Source: Octopus sinensis | Taxonomy: Eukaryota | Direction of reading: 5' to 3' | DNA: 64,000 nt | Assembly: GCF_006345805.1 (NCBI RefSeq) | Contig: NC_043004.1 | Coordinates: forward strand, 19,406,001 to 19,470,000 | In this document: positions 25,175 to 36,849 of the stretch, piece by piece | Position numbering within the stretch: position 1 is the stretch's first letter | Layout: each line of letters opens with the position of its first letter | Notes under the pieces: generated by a model | The model's input: the letters and a program-made list of their open reading frames with translations, nothing else | Told to the model about the DNA's origin: nothing | Database searches by the model: none | Position numbers and translations under genes: made by a program

Positions 25175-28100
25175 AAACTTAGATAAACTTAGATATGTTT
25201 CGACCAAAGATTGGTCCAGGCCATGTCTAACTTAATAGCACCACCTGATAGGATTATTCGAATCCTGTTTAAGTCAAGTTTTCTTTAAGTCAAGTTTTGT
25301 TCAAGTAGTGAGTTCTTGTTGGGTGAGTTGTATCCAGTTTTGTTCAAGTAGTGAGTTCTTGTTGGGTGAGTTGTATCCAGTTTTGTTCAAGTAGTGAGTT
25401 CTTCTTGGGTGAGTTGTATCCAATTATGGGTGGCTTATCTGGTATTCTTTGAAGGAATCTATCCAGACTCTGTTTAAAGTTGATGGGATCCTTTTCCTCT
25501 TTGATCTCCCTCGGGACAATGTTAAATAGGGCAGGGCCTGTTGAGGAAAAGAAATTATGTTGCAGTGTACATGTATGTTGTGATCTTGAATTGGGCAGGG
25601 GACGTATAGCCCGTGGTCCAAGTCTTGGATGAACCTTGAAGCTAATGTTTAGGTCGTTTGGGCAAAGTTGGCGGTATATTTTCCACATCGTACGAATGAT
25701 GTACCGCTCTCGGCGACGCTGGAGGGAGTAAAGTTTCAAGGCTTTAAGGCGATCCCAATAATCGAGAGCAGCCATGCCTTCAATTTGTTTAGTGAGTGCC
25801 CTCTGGGGTGACTCAATTCTGGAGATGTTTTGTCTTGTGTGAGGAGACCACAGGGGCAGCAGTATTCAAGGTGTGGCCGTACAAAGGAGGAAAAAAGTGG
25901 TATGATGACACCTTGTTCTCTGGACCGGAAAGTTCTTAAGATCCAGGAACTCATCCTACGAGCTATATCGACCTTCTTGTTGATGTGTGCACTCCAACTG
26001 AGATCGTCATCAACAATTACACCCAGGTCTCTGATATTGTTAGAGGCTGTGAGCGGTTCCCCTGAAGGAAGAGAGTATGGTTGTTTTAGTGAGGAATTTC
26101 TTCCAAAATGCATCAGCTCAAATTTTCCCTCATTCAGTTGCATTTTGTTTCTGTCTGCCCATTGACTCACAGCATATAGATCAGACTGGAGTTGAGTTCG
26201 GTCTGCTTCTTCATTGACGATTTGCTGGAGCTTAGTGTCATCAGCAAATATTTTCACTTTGCAGTAATGTACGACACTGGAAAGGTCGTTTACGTAAATT
26301 ATGAAGAGTAGCGGACCCAAAACAGTTCCCTGGGGAACACCGCTGGTGACTTTTGCTGGGTTTGAGTGGACTCCATCAACTACAACATGTTGTGTTCTAT
26401 TCGCTAGGAAATACTTAATCCAGTGTAGAACTTTTCCACGGATTCCAACATTTGCCAATTTTGAGAGTAGGATGTTATGGTCTACCCTGTCGAACGCTTT
26501 ACTGAAGTCAAGATATATGACGTCAGAGTTCGAACCTGTTCCCAAGGCTTTGAGTACATCTTCAATGTGATGTAAGAGCTGTGTTAGACAGTCCCTGCCA
26601 CAGCGAAAGCCATGCTGATTTGCATTTAGAAGTTTGTGGGTCTCCAGGAAGTCAGCTATCCTTGATCTTAACACTCTTTCAAACACTTTAATGAAATGGG
26701 AGGTGAGTGAGATTGGGCGATAGTTGACTGCGAGGGATCTGTTTCCCTGTTTGAAAACCGGGATGACCGACTGGGATAGAAACTGTTTCGGTATATAACC
26801 TGCGTCTAACGAATTTCTCCAGAGGTTGGTCAGAGGGACTGCAAGTTGGTATCTACATTCCTTCAAGAGACTAGCGGGAAATCTATCAGGGCCTACAGCA
26901 GAGTAATGTTTGACCTCATTTATTGCTGCTACGATGTCAGTGGCAGTGAAGGTTATGTCTGAGATTTTGTGTTGGGAGTCAATTTCGTTCGTTTCCCTTA
27001 CGTCAATATCAGTGGGAACACTAAAGACAGAGCAGTATTGTTTCTGCAGTATTTCTGCCATTTCTTTAGCATCGTGTTGGGGAATGCCGTTATCATCAAT
27101 CAATGGCCCAATGGGTGAGACAGTTGTTCTATGCTTATTTGCATAAGAATAGAAAACTTTGGGGTTCTGTTTGATGTTTTTGATTACCCATTGTTCCTCC
27201 ACAGCTCTTTGATTTTCAATGGAGGTTTTCATGTTGGTCTGCAGATGAAGTTTTTCCAGCTCTAGTCTTTTCATTGTTGTTGAATGTGGATGTTGTGTGT
27301 GGGAATATTTTAGTTAGTTGATTTTTTTGTTGAGTCTTTTGATGCGCCTGATGAGTGTTGTTTTTCTTTTTAGGGAGCCGGTTTCTGTTTGTGTTAGTAG
27401 ATTTCTTGGGAGCGTGTTTAGAGCATGTATAGGTGACAATGTTTTCAAAGTGCTGCCACGCGGTCTCAATATGAGAGGAATTGAGAGTAAAAGACCAGTC
27501 GATGGAAGACAGATCCTTTCTGATTGTTCCCCAGTCCGCTTTGTGGAAGTTTATGTTGTCAAATGGGTGCCATGGAGTGGGATTGACTGGTTTGGTTTTT
27601 ATATGTCGGGAATTAAGATTGCAGAGTACCATGTCGTGGTCTGAGAGGAGAGTTTTTTCGACTGAAATACTGTGAACGTAGCTAGAGTGATTGGTCAATA
27701 CCAGATCCAAGATCGTTTTATTCTGTCTCGTTGGTTCAAGCACTAGCTGAGTCAGGAAATACTCATCCATCAGATTAAAGAGCAGTTCTGCTGCTGCTCT
27801 ATCTGATGTAGAGCACTTGCCTAACTTCAGAGTATTGTGGGCCAGTTCACATGAGGGAGGTTAAAATCACCCATCACTAGTATGTTTCCGGAGTTGTACT
27901 TCCGAAGGAAGGACTTGACTTTGCTAAGGCACTCTTCAAAGTACTTTAGAGGTGCCTGGGGAGGCCTGTAAAGACCAACAATGGTTATGTCCTTGGCTTT
28001 GTTGTATAGTGATACCGATTCACAGTAGCCATTGGAAAATATGTCCTTGGCATCAAGTGAAAAGGAGTCATGGATAAAGATGGCTGTCCCTCCCTTATTT

Positions 28101-28365
28101 CGGTCTGTGCGATCCATATGGGTGTTGTTCAGGTGAGTCTCGGTAAGGATAAAGAAAGGGAAGCAATGTGCCATTTCGGCAAGCCAACTCTCTATATATG
28201 AGATCTTCCATTTTTGGGCAATAATTGATGGGTTGATGCCACGTACATTTAACAGGAATGTCGAGGTAAGGGAAGTTGGTAATGGGTGAGTGGTCCTTGT
28301 GATTTGCATAGATGATTGGTGATAGCTCGTTGGATCTCCTGGCTTAGGTCAGCCTTCATATTTTC
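25175..28365 (-). mobile_element. CR1-clade LINE, 5'-truncated, ORF2 with about three frameshifts
   Basis: EN motifs LNVRGI, LTETHL, YRPP, GDFNLPHVNW, ILDLVLTN and SDHDMV. RT motifs NYRPISLTS, QHGFR, YLDFSKAFDRVDH, GVPQGTVLGPLLF, FADD, RPHLEYC and LYSLQRRR. The 3' end has a stem-loop and an (ATCTAAGTTT)2 tail. Confidence 0.92.
25293..25421 (+). repeat. Three tandem 43-bp units at the CR1 ORF2 end / 3' UTR
   Basis: AGTTTTGTTCAAGTAGTGAGTTCTTGTTGGGTGAGTTGTATCC starts at 25293, 25336 and 25379, with one mismatch in the last unit. Confidence 0.95.
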
Positions 28366-28408
28366 TAGGTATATATATATATTTTTTCTAGGTATGTATA
28401 TATATATA

Positions 28409-28472
<64 letters not shown>

Positions 28473-28793
28473 ATGCAGTTATTGACTTATTTCATTCATC
28501 AATTTGTATCACTTACACATGTTTGTATTCATTTAATAAATAGATATCGAATGTTCACTGGCTGCTGTTTGTCGATTGCATATCCTCTCCATTTCCTTAT
28601 TTGTCTTATAAATGCTGGGTAAATTTCTAATTTACTCCCACCCATACCTAAAACCCAATTGGGATATTGCCATGCAATAGTAACCACTTGGTTATAAATA
28701 ATTAGGTAGCCATCCAGTAGTATATTGGATATTCAATATCCCTTAGAGGGTTTCTTAACCTCTAATTCATACAGAAACACACACACACATATA

Positions 28794-28883
<90 letters not shown>

Positions 28884-28971
28884 TATAATATATATATATA
28901 CATATACATATATATATACATTTACATATACATATATACACACACACACACAACATACACACACACAACAT

Positions 28972-29017
<46 letters not shown>

Positions 29018-29271
29018 TAAGTAATTAAGGGTTTAGCAACGATTTGCCTCACCACACACCGAATTTAGAAATAGCAGTCAAAGAGTTATGGCTATTCTTT
29101 CTACTTAAAAGGGAGATCCCAGTAAAACCACAGCACTTAAAAGGCAAACAACGCAGGCAAAAGAGAAAGAAATGACGACAATCATTCTATATTAAGTCAC
29201 CTACGGACGTACGTTTCGAAATTACGTCATAGGAAAGCATAAAAAAAAAATATATATATATATATTATACG

Positions 29272-29327
<56 letters not shown>

Positions 29328-29561
29328 ATACATATATATAAACTTTATTGTGGGATAACCAGACTACCATTGATTTCATGTTGAGAAAGATCTCTTAATT
29401 ATTCAGTCTGTTACGAGGGACGTTGGAAACATCATGTGACAGTTTGTGAAGATTATTTACGGCTTTAATAAAGCAGTGTACTACTCTACTTTGAGTACAA
29501 ATTTTTTGGTATTTGAGTACAAATTTTAGCACCTTGTCTTGGCATTTCTGCGCTTGGGTGT

Positions 29562-29624
<63 letters not shown>

Positions 29625-29686
29625 CATAGAGAGAGAGAGGCCCAAATACAATGGTCATTAAAAGTCAGTAAGAGTGCTAGTCAGTA

Positions 29687-29991
29687 CCAACATTGCTAGA
29701 ACTAGAAATAAGAGTCAAAATAACACTTAACCACGAACAGACCACTTTCTATTCACTGACAAGGGAGATTGCCTCCCCACAGGAAGCGAGGGCGTCAGCT
29801 CGACTTGCTGATTTCGGATAGGATAAATCCTCATCGGGACGCTGCGCCATTCCCTCGTTTGCTGTGGGTGAGGGTAAGGTGGGGTGGGGTGGGTCATCTA
29901 CCTTGTCAGTGAATAGAAAGTGCTCTGTTGAACAGAAAATGTTCTGTTCGTGGCTAAAAGTTATTTTGATTCTTAGTTCTACCAATGCTGG
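29687..29991. mobile_element. MITE with ~100-bp imperfect TIRs and TA target duplication
   Basis: TA-CCAACATTGCTAGAAC ... GTTCTACCAATGCTGG-TA. The inner pair CACTTTCTATTCACTGACAAGG / CCTTGTCAGTGAATAGAAAGTG is perfect. Confidence 0.75.
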
Positions 29992-29993
<2 letters not shown>

Positions 29994-30023
<30 letters not shown>

Positions 30024-30722
30024 CTTCTTCTTCTTTCTTCTTCTTCTTCTTATTCTCTCTTATCTTCTTAGTCTTCTTCTTATTATTCGTTTCTTCTTCT
30101 TCGTCTTCTTCTTATTCTCTTCTTCGTCTTCTTCTTCGTCGTCTTTCTCTTCTTCTTCTTCTTCTTCTTCTTCGTCTCTCTTTCTTCTTCGTCTTCTCTT
30201 CGTCTTCTTCTTCTTTTCTTCGTCTTCTTCTTCTTCTTCTTCGTCTTCTTCTTCGTCTTCTTCTTCTTCGTCTTATTCTTCTTCGTCTTCTTATTCTTCT
30301 CTTCTTCTTCGTCTTCTTCTTCTTTCTTCGTCTTCTTCTTCTTCGTCTTCTCTTCTTCTTCTTCTTCTTCTTCTTCGTCTTCTTCTTCTTCTTCTTTTTC
30401 TTCTTCTCTTCGTCTTCTTCTTCTTCTTCGTTTCTTCTTCTTCGTCTTCTTCTTCTTCTTCTTCGTCTTCTTCTTTTTCTTCTTCTTCTTCGTCTTCTTC
30501 TCTTCGTCTTCTTTTCGTCTTCTTCTTCTTCTTCTTCTTCTTCTTAGTCGTCTTCTTCTTCTCTTCTTCTTCTTCTTCTTCTTCGTCTTCTTCTTTTTCT
30601 TCTTCTTCGTCTTCTTCTTCTTCTTCTTCTTCTTCTTTTTCTTCTTCTTCTTCTTCGTCTTCTTCTTGTCTTCTTCTTTCTTCTTCTTTTTCTTCTTCTC
30701 TTCTTCTTCTTCTTCTTCTTAC
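29994..30722 (+). repeat. ~730-bp degenerate (CTT)n tract; a pure (CTT)n lies at ~31011-31122
   Basis: Direct reading; interrupted by CGT, CTC and ATT variants. Confidence 0.95.
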
Positions 30723-31674
30723 ATGCTATAAAGATTTCTTACATGTATAAAGATGGAACTCAGTATGCATGTATTTTTTCGGTACGTATTGTAGTTTCAT
30801 AATTATGCATTGTTCAGTGATCTTACTGGCGATCTACGGATGGCCAATTAATTAATTGATTGATTAATTAATTTATATTTAATCGTTAATAGTGAAACTC
30901 ATGCGTATAAGATTAAGTGATTTTTTTCATTCATTTAAATGCCCCGCCCGCCTACTAGCAACGTGTCTTTAATGAAGAATCTTTCTTTTCGTGGTATGGG
31001 TCTTGATTGCCCTTCTTCTTCTTCTTCTTCTTCTTCTTCTTCTTCTTCTTCTTCTTCTTCTTCTTCTTCTTCTTCTTCTTCTTCTTCTTCTTCTTCTTCT
31101 TCTTCTTCTTCTTCTTCTTCTTCCAATCAAGACTCACAAAGAATAATCTCTAATTCGAGCCTACTCTAAGCTACTAAGAATGCGTGTAGCAACTTCAAGA
31201 CCCACCTACCACATGCGATAGACTGGCAGTTGCACGGGCGCAAAAGCTACGTTGTTATCCTCATTCCGTAAACGGTGGCTTTTAACGGGTGGAGAGCTGT
31301 ACCATCCTGGGAGTACAGAGGATTCGCAATCTAGACTAGGGTCTGAAAGTTTACCACACCCTAGTGGGTTACACATGGTTCCTCCGCTTTGTGGCAGAAG
31401 TAGGAAGAAAGAGTCAGAGAAAGTTGTAGTGTAAGAGTACAGCGGGGTTCACCACCACCACTCCGGCGGAGCCTCGTGGAGCTTAGCTGTTTTTTGCTCA
31501 ATAAACACTCACAATGCCCGGTCTGGGAATCAGTGCTGGTGCTGTCTTGCATCCTTAATCACTTTTAGTTACGACTGTATTTGTGCCTTTTGGTTTTAAA
31601 TTGCGTCTAGCTACTTTAATAGTTATTTATATATATATATATATTATTATATATATATATATATATATATATAT

Positions 31675-31800
31675 CAGCCGAAATTGCGAGGATGATCCGG
31701 TTCTTGACTGAAGATTAGAGGCTTCGAATGACCCGTCCGTGTTTTTTGTATCATCTATTTGAATGTTTTGCGTTCTTGTCCCATTTTGTATATTTATATA
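31675..31800 (+). repeat. Unclassified dispersed repeat; longer copy at ~48585-48790
   Basis: TCAGCCGAAATTGCGAGGATGATCCGGTTC...GAGGCTTCGAATGACCCGTCCG is nearly identical in both places. Confidence 0.8.
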
Positions 31801-32339
31801 TATATATCTACACCATTGGAAATTGTGCATCTATACAAAGGATTAACTCACCCTCTCTGTAATGCTAATAAGCAGGAATTGAGACCCACCTCGTTGTGAT
31901 TAACAATGGATAAATTTGTCTTCTGTGAGTATGTAATCCCTCATCATATCTCTGGAATTTCATATGTGCTCTATGGATTAGGTCACCTTCTCTGTGATGC
32001 TATTAGAACTTTTTTAAAATTCTGTGATAAGACTGTACATCATCTTTAAAGAACTTTAATGAACTTTGGAAATCTGTTTGTGTTACTTAATTATCTACAT
32101 TACTTCATGAGTATAGCCTCAACCACTAGGATGTCTAGAGAACTCACATGTATTTTAGCTGATGAGTACGGGACACGTTTATATGCTGTAATTTTTACAA
32201 CTTTTAATAAAGCCTGTCCTTGTATGAAACGATTGTACTAAAAACCTATCCATTCTTGTTGCTTCTTTCTCGCTTATATATATATATATATATATCAAAT
32301 ATACTTCACATTGTGGTGCAGTTACTGTCTATACCTCGT

Positions 32340-32660
32340 TCAGAGATTTATTATTGCTTGTTTACACTTTTTCAAGATCAGTGATAAAAAGTCACTGGAA
32401 AAAGGATATATATATTTGCATTGGGACCCTTTCATCGAAAACCGGTGACTGTCGTGCGCTGATGACGGGTCAATACCCAGAAACTGCAGTCCGTGCGTAT
32501 CACTTAGGTTGACGAGGGAAGGATGACCTCCCTTTGCAAATACCGATAGGGCACAGAAAGTGTGCCTATAGCCAGCTGGAGAAGATGTTCTCCTGGGGCC
32601 ACAAGCTACAGTAACATCCACCCTTAGTGGTTAGCCATATTTAGATGGCAAATATACTTC
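32340..32660 (+). mobile_element. Small non-coding repeat carrying a hammerhead motif; second copy at ~52060-52490 on the minus strand
   Basis: The two loci are collinear (GCAAAT...GATAGGGCACAGAAAGTGTG...AGCCAGCTGGAG...CAAGCTACAGTA), and both keep a CAGTGA...TCACTG hairpin. Confidence 0.75.
32453..32497 (+). ncRNA. Candidate type I hammerhead ribozyme
   Basis: CGUGCG-CUGAUGA-C-GGGU-CAAU-ACCC-A-GAA-ACUGCAGU-C-CGUGCG. It has a complete core, a palindromic helix III, a GUC site after 32491 and a 6-bp helix I with two G.U pairs. Confidence 0.75.
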
Positions 32661-32870
32661 ACAAACACACATATATATATATGCACATACATACATACAT
32701 ACATACATACATACATACATACATACATACATACATACATACATGCATGCATGCATGCATACATATGGACTTTTCCGTCGTAGACGATGTATAAATGTTC
32801 AGCTTTTGCCGCCGAACGACCTACACAAATGATTTGCTTATAAGGATCAAATATTCGTGTCGTGCATTAA

Positions 32871-32912
<42 letters not shown>

Positions 32913-33205
32913 CACCAAATCGACGTTGTCTGAACAGGTACACTGTGTACTACGCGTCGGGTGTTGAAGTGAAAGTGAAAGTGATCAAAAGCGAAGTGAG
33001 AATAAGTGATTTGCTCAAAACCACAATGTACCCACGGTCCGGGAACTGAAATCGCGATCGTAAGATTGTGAGTGCAACACCCTAACCACTAAGCCATACA
33101 TATACCTTCGCACATGCATACCGTCTACTTCAGTACCCTCACCACACACACTACTATACAAACATCCATACACACTGTTCAAATCATTACTAATGTCACA
33201 CAGGA

Positions 33206-33513
33206 GTGAGGGCGCGTGGCTTAGTGGTTATAGCATTCGGCTCATGATCGTAAGGTTGTGAGTTCGATTCCCGGCGACGCGTTGTGTCCTTGAGCAAGAC
33301 ACTTTATTTCACGTTGCTCCAGTCCACTCAGCTGGCAAAAATGAGTTGTACTTGTATGTCACTCTCTGTGTCACGCTGATTATCCCCGAGAACTACGTTA
33401 AGGGTACACGTGTCTGTGGAATGCTCAGCCATTTGCACGTTAATTTCACGAGCAAGCTGTTCCGTTGATCGTATCAGCTGGGACCCTCGTCGTCGTAACC
33501 GGCGGAGTCTTTT
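33206..33513 (+). mobile_element. tRNA-derived SINE family D (CORE-like centre, 3' module shared with family C)
   Basis: GGCGCGTGGCTTAGTGGTTA, GAGTTCGATTCCCGG and TGTGTCCTTGAGCAAGACACTT. The 3' part matches the reverse complement of 5314-5480. Confidence 0.85.
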
Positions 33514-34224
33514 TAAAATGTCACACACCATTACACACACACCCACAAACATCTTCCCACTTCACAAACACTAGCACCCAACATTCCTCAGCATCCACAC
33601 CGCACACCATTATCCACACATCCACACACCATTATCCACACACCCACACACGCTCTTCAATTGCGTCACCACACATGTCCCTGTACGAGCACCCCTACAC
33701 ATTGTTCAACCCAGTACAAACACCACACACTATCATGCACAACTCCCACATCCGCAGAAGCATATAATGCTTGAACAGAGAAAATATATACATACACACG
33801 CAACGCACATAAATACACGTAACATGCATAGACACAGATAACTTTCGCTCACAAATATATACTTACACATGCACACTATAAGGTCACACACCACCTAAAG
33901 AATCACACATCAGCTACTAAGCACAAGCGTGTGCATACACACACACGCGCGCGTGCACACATACTCACAAACACCTACACACACGTTAGCCTCACATATA
34001 CGCCCTACGAGCGCGCGTGTACACACACACGCGCGCACACAAATACACAAGGCGAACGTCACTCCACACAACTCATACACTAGTTTACTTTATACACACA
34101 CAGGCCAATGCGTTTGCACACACATGATAACCGCACACATACGTACACGCGTCCATACGCACACTCACATACATACCAGTACATGTAACGCATATCGCCC
34201 CACATAATGTACGCACTGGGTCGC

Positions 34225-34255
<31 letters not shown>

Positions 34256-34259
<4 letters not shown>

Positions 34260-34960
34260 TAGCCTTAGCCAAAAGTATTAGGCCACCCCAATGCTTTTGG
34301 GGTTCTGCTACCTTCATGTTAATGAAACTCGTGCTCATAGAAGATTATGGTATATTTCACAATATACATTAGTTTTGATATCTGGCTGACCCTCCTTTAG
34401 CATTAAGTACCGCTTTTATACGATTAGGCATTGAATCAACTAGTTTCTTGCAGGTGCTAGGTGCAATTTTACTCCATTCTTCTTTTAACGTTTGGTACAA
34501 ATGCTCCTTATTTTCAATTGGTGTGTTCCTGATAGCTTCACCAAGAATTCCCCATCGGATTTAGATCGGGACTTTGAGCTAGACAGTCCGTGGGAACAAT
34601 ACCCTGTGTCTCAAACAATTTATGAGTATTATTTGCTGTATGATATGGAGCGTTGTCCTGTTGAAAGATAACGCTGTTTTTCTTTTATACTCCTGGGTGC
34701 AATTTAACAAATTGATGGCTCTAAAACATCTGATAACATAGAAGCATAGGTAGGTGAATTTATTCTTCCCTGACGTAAAAACATTTCTCCGGGTCATGTG
34801 GCAGACATGCAGGTCAACACCATGTTAGAACCACTCCCATATTTTACGGTTGGTACCAGACATTCAGCCTTAAATGCTTCCCCAAGTCTGCGACACATGA
34901 AAATTGGGCCAGATGTACCGAGAACTTGACTAAAAACATGAAAAATAATATTGGATACTT
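34256..34960 (-). mobile_element. Tc1-like transposon, 3' half with one TIR
   Basis: PTVKYGSGSNMV, IFQQDNAPYHTA, QSPDLNP and KEEWSKI...LVDSMPNRIKAVLNAKGG. The TIR-like end is AGCCAAAAGTATTAGGCCACCC. Confidence 0.85.
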
Positions 34961-34970
34961 TTTTTATATA

Positions 34971-35246
34971 TTGGGTTGGCAACTAAGTTCCCGCCGTTTT
35001 TTAAATTTTGGAATTTATTGCGTTTTTAAATTTTGGAATCTATTTTGTTTTTCTTTTCGAGAATTCTATTTTTGAATCACTTTGGAATTTTTTTTTTTTC
35101 TAGTTAATTTTAGCTAATTTTTGTTTATTTTCAGATCGTTAAAATAGAATGGCAAGTTAAGAAAAACGAGAATTTTCGAAACCTCCTTCTTTTTGCTTTT
35201 AATCAAGGTTTTAAGGCCGCAAAAGCTGCTCGCGACATTTGTGCTG
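34971..35246 (+). mobile_element. Mariner 5' fragment
   Basis: TA-TTGGGTTGGCAACTAAGT TIR, then EWQVKKNENFRNLLLFAFNQGFKAAKAARDICA with the ATG mutated to ATA. Confidence 0.8.
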
Positions 35247-35631
35247 GTTGTAACCTTCTTTCTCCCTCTGGCCGTTTGTCTTAGTGACTGCCTGCTTGTG
35301 GCCATGACTCTAGTTGGTCTCTGTTCACTAACTGATTTTGCCTTACCAAATTCTAGTATTTATAACTATCCAAAACTAGTTAGAAAAATAGACATATTGT
35401 TGAGAACAATAGATTTCGTTGGTGGTACCTGTTATCTTAATTTTAACTTTTGGTGGCCTAGAAGAGGTCAGAAGGGTCAAGTGGCAAAGACATAATTCTA
35501 CTTAGCGAAGATATCTGGTAAATGTAACTGCTGTCACTCACCGAAAGACTATTGTTTCACCATGAGAGAATGAGAGAAGTGACATTTAGCGATCGAGAAA
35601 CGAATCCACGCCATGCCTGCCTGCATGAAGC

Positions 35632-35689
<58 letters not shown>

Positions 35690-35867
35690 AAGGCTTAGTA
35701 AAATTAATTACTTTGCCACATACTGAACTCATTAGAAATAGCAGCTAAAGAAATTCTTCAGCTATTTCTAATACTTAAAGAAGATCTCTCTCAGATAGTG
35801 TTTGCCTAAACCAACTCACAAAAGTATGGGGGAAAAAAACATTAAAAAATCAAGTGCAAAGGTTATT

Positions 35868-35919
35868 TGAGAACGTACGTTTCTAGATTAGTCAATTCGA
35901 CATTTCTTTCTTCAGCTCA
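35868..35919 (-). ncRNA. Candidate type I hammerhead ribozyme, downstream copy
   Basis: UGAG-CUGAAGA-A-AGA-AAU-GUC-GAAUU-GAC-UAA-UCU-A-GAA-ACGUACGU-U-CUCA. It has a complete core, a palindromic helix III and a GUU site. Confidence 0.65.
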
Positions 35920-36424
35920 GAATTCCTTGAATCGGATTTGGGAACACTGAAAGTCGGGAGCATACCCTTTCGGCTTCTAATCACCTCTAGAATTCTGCTC
36001 GAACTAAAAGTGCTATCAAATTCGAATATGCAAGCGAAGAATTTCTGCTCTCCCTTTCCACCAGCGTGGGTTAAAATTGACAAACACCATGTATTAACGG
36101 TGAAAACCGCAGCATTTAGCAGAGAGAGATGAATTATAATTTCAACAATTGAGGGTAAAATTAATTAATTATTAATCAATTTCACCAAGTATTCAGTATG
36201 TAAAGGGACCATTATAGGCGAATTCAAAATATTACATTATATATAAGGGCTTAGTAAAATAAATTACTTTGCCACATACTGAACTCATTAGAAATAGCAG
36301 CTAAAGAAATTTCTTCAGCTATTTCTAATACTTAAAGAAGATCTCTCTCAGATAGTGTTTGCCTAAACCAACTCACAAAAGTATGGGGGAAAAAAACATT
36401 AAAAAATCAAGTGCAAAGGTTATT

Positions 36425-36476
36425 TGAGAACGTACGTTTCTAGATTAGTCAATTCGACATTTCTTTCTTCAGCTCA
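36425..36476 (-). ncRNA. Candidate type I hammerhead ribozyme, upstream copy
   Basis: Identical to 35868-35919, 557 nt away. Confidence 0.65.
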
Positions 36477-36618
36477 GAATTCCTTGAATCGGATTTGGGA
36501 ACACTGAAAGTATATATATATATACTGAGAGTATATATATATATATATATATGTGTGTGTTGTGTGTGTGTGTGTATGTATGTATATATACATATATCTA
36601 TCTATCTATCTATCTATA

Positions 36619-36749
<131 letters not shown>

Positions 36750-36756
36750 TATATAT

Positions 36757-36803
<47 letters not shown>

Positions 36804-36849
36804 ATATATGCATATCTATACATGCATATTATATATATATGTAATATGC

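Larger units (their letters stand above)
35686..36511 (-). mobile_element. Non-coding partial-tandem element (269-bp direct repeats, period 556-557 bp), each repeat with a hammerhead motif; retrozyme/PLE-derived candidate
   Basis: 35686-35954 and 36242-36511 are almost identical, and (TA)n flanks both sides. A related diverged end with half a hammerhead lies at ~29020-29225. Confidence 0.75.

Noticed and set aside
25195-25235. Apparent hammerhead (CTG...GACCAA-TCT-TTGGTC-GAAAC) on the minus strand
   Set aside because: The core is incomplete. The layout matches the CR1 3' recognition stem-loop seen at 54.7 kb and in SINE B tails.
29864-31169. Long Leu/Ser/Phe, Glu and Lys ORFs
   Set aside because: They are translations of (CTT)n, which lacks stops in several frames.
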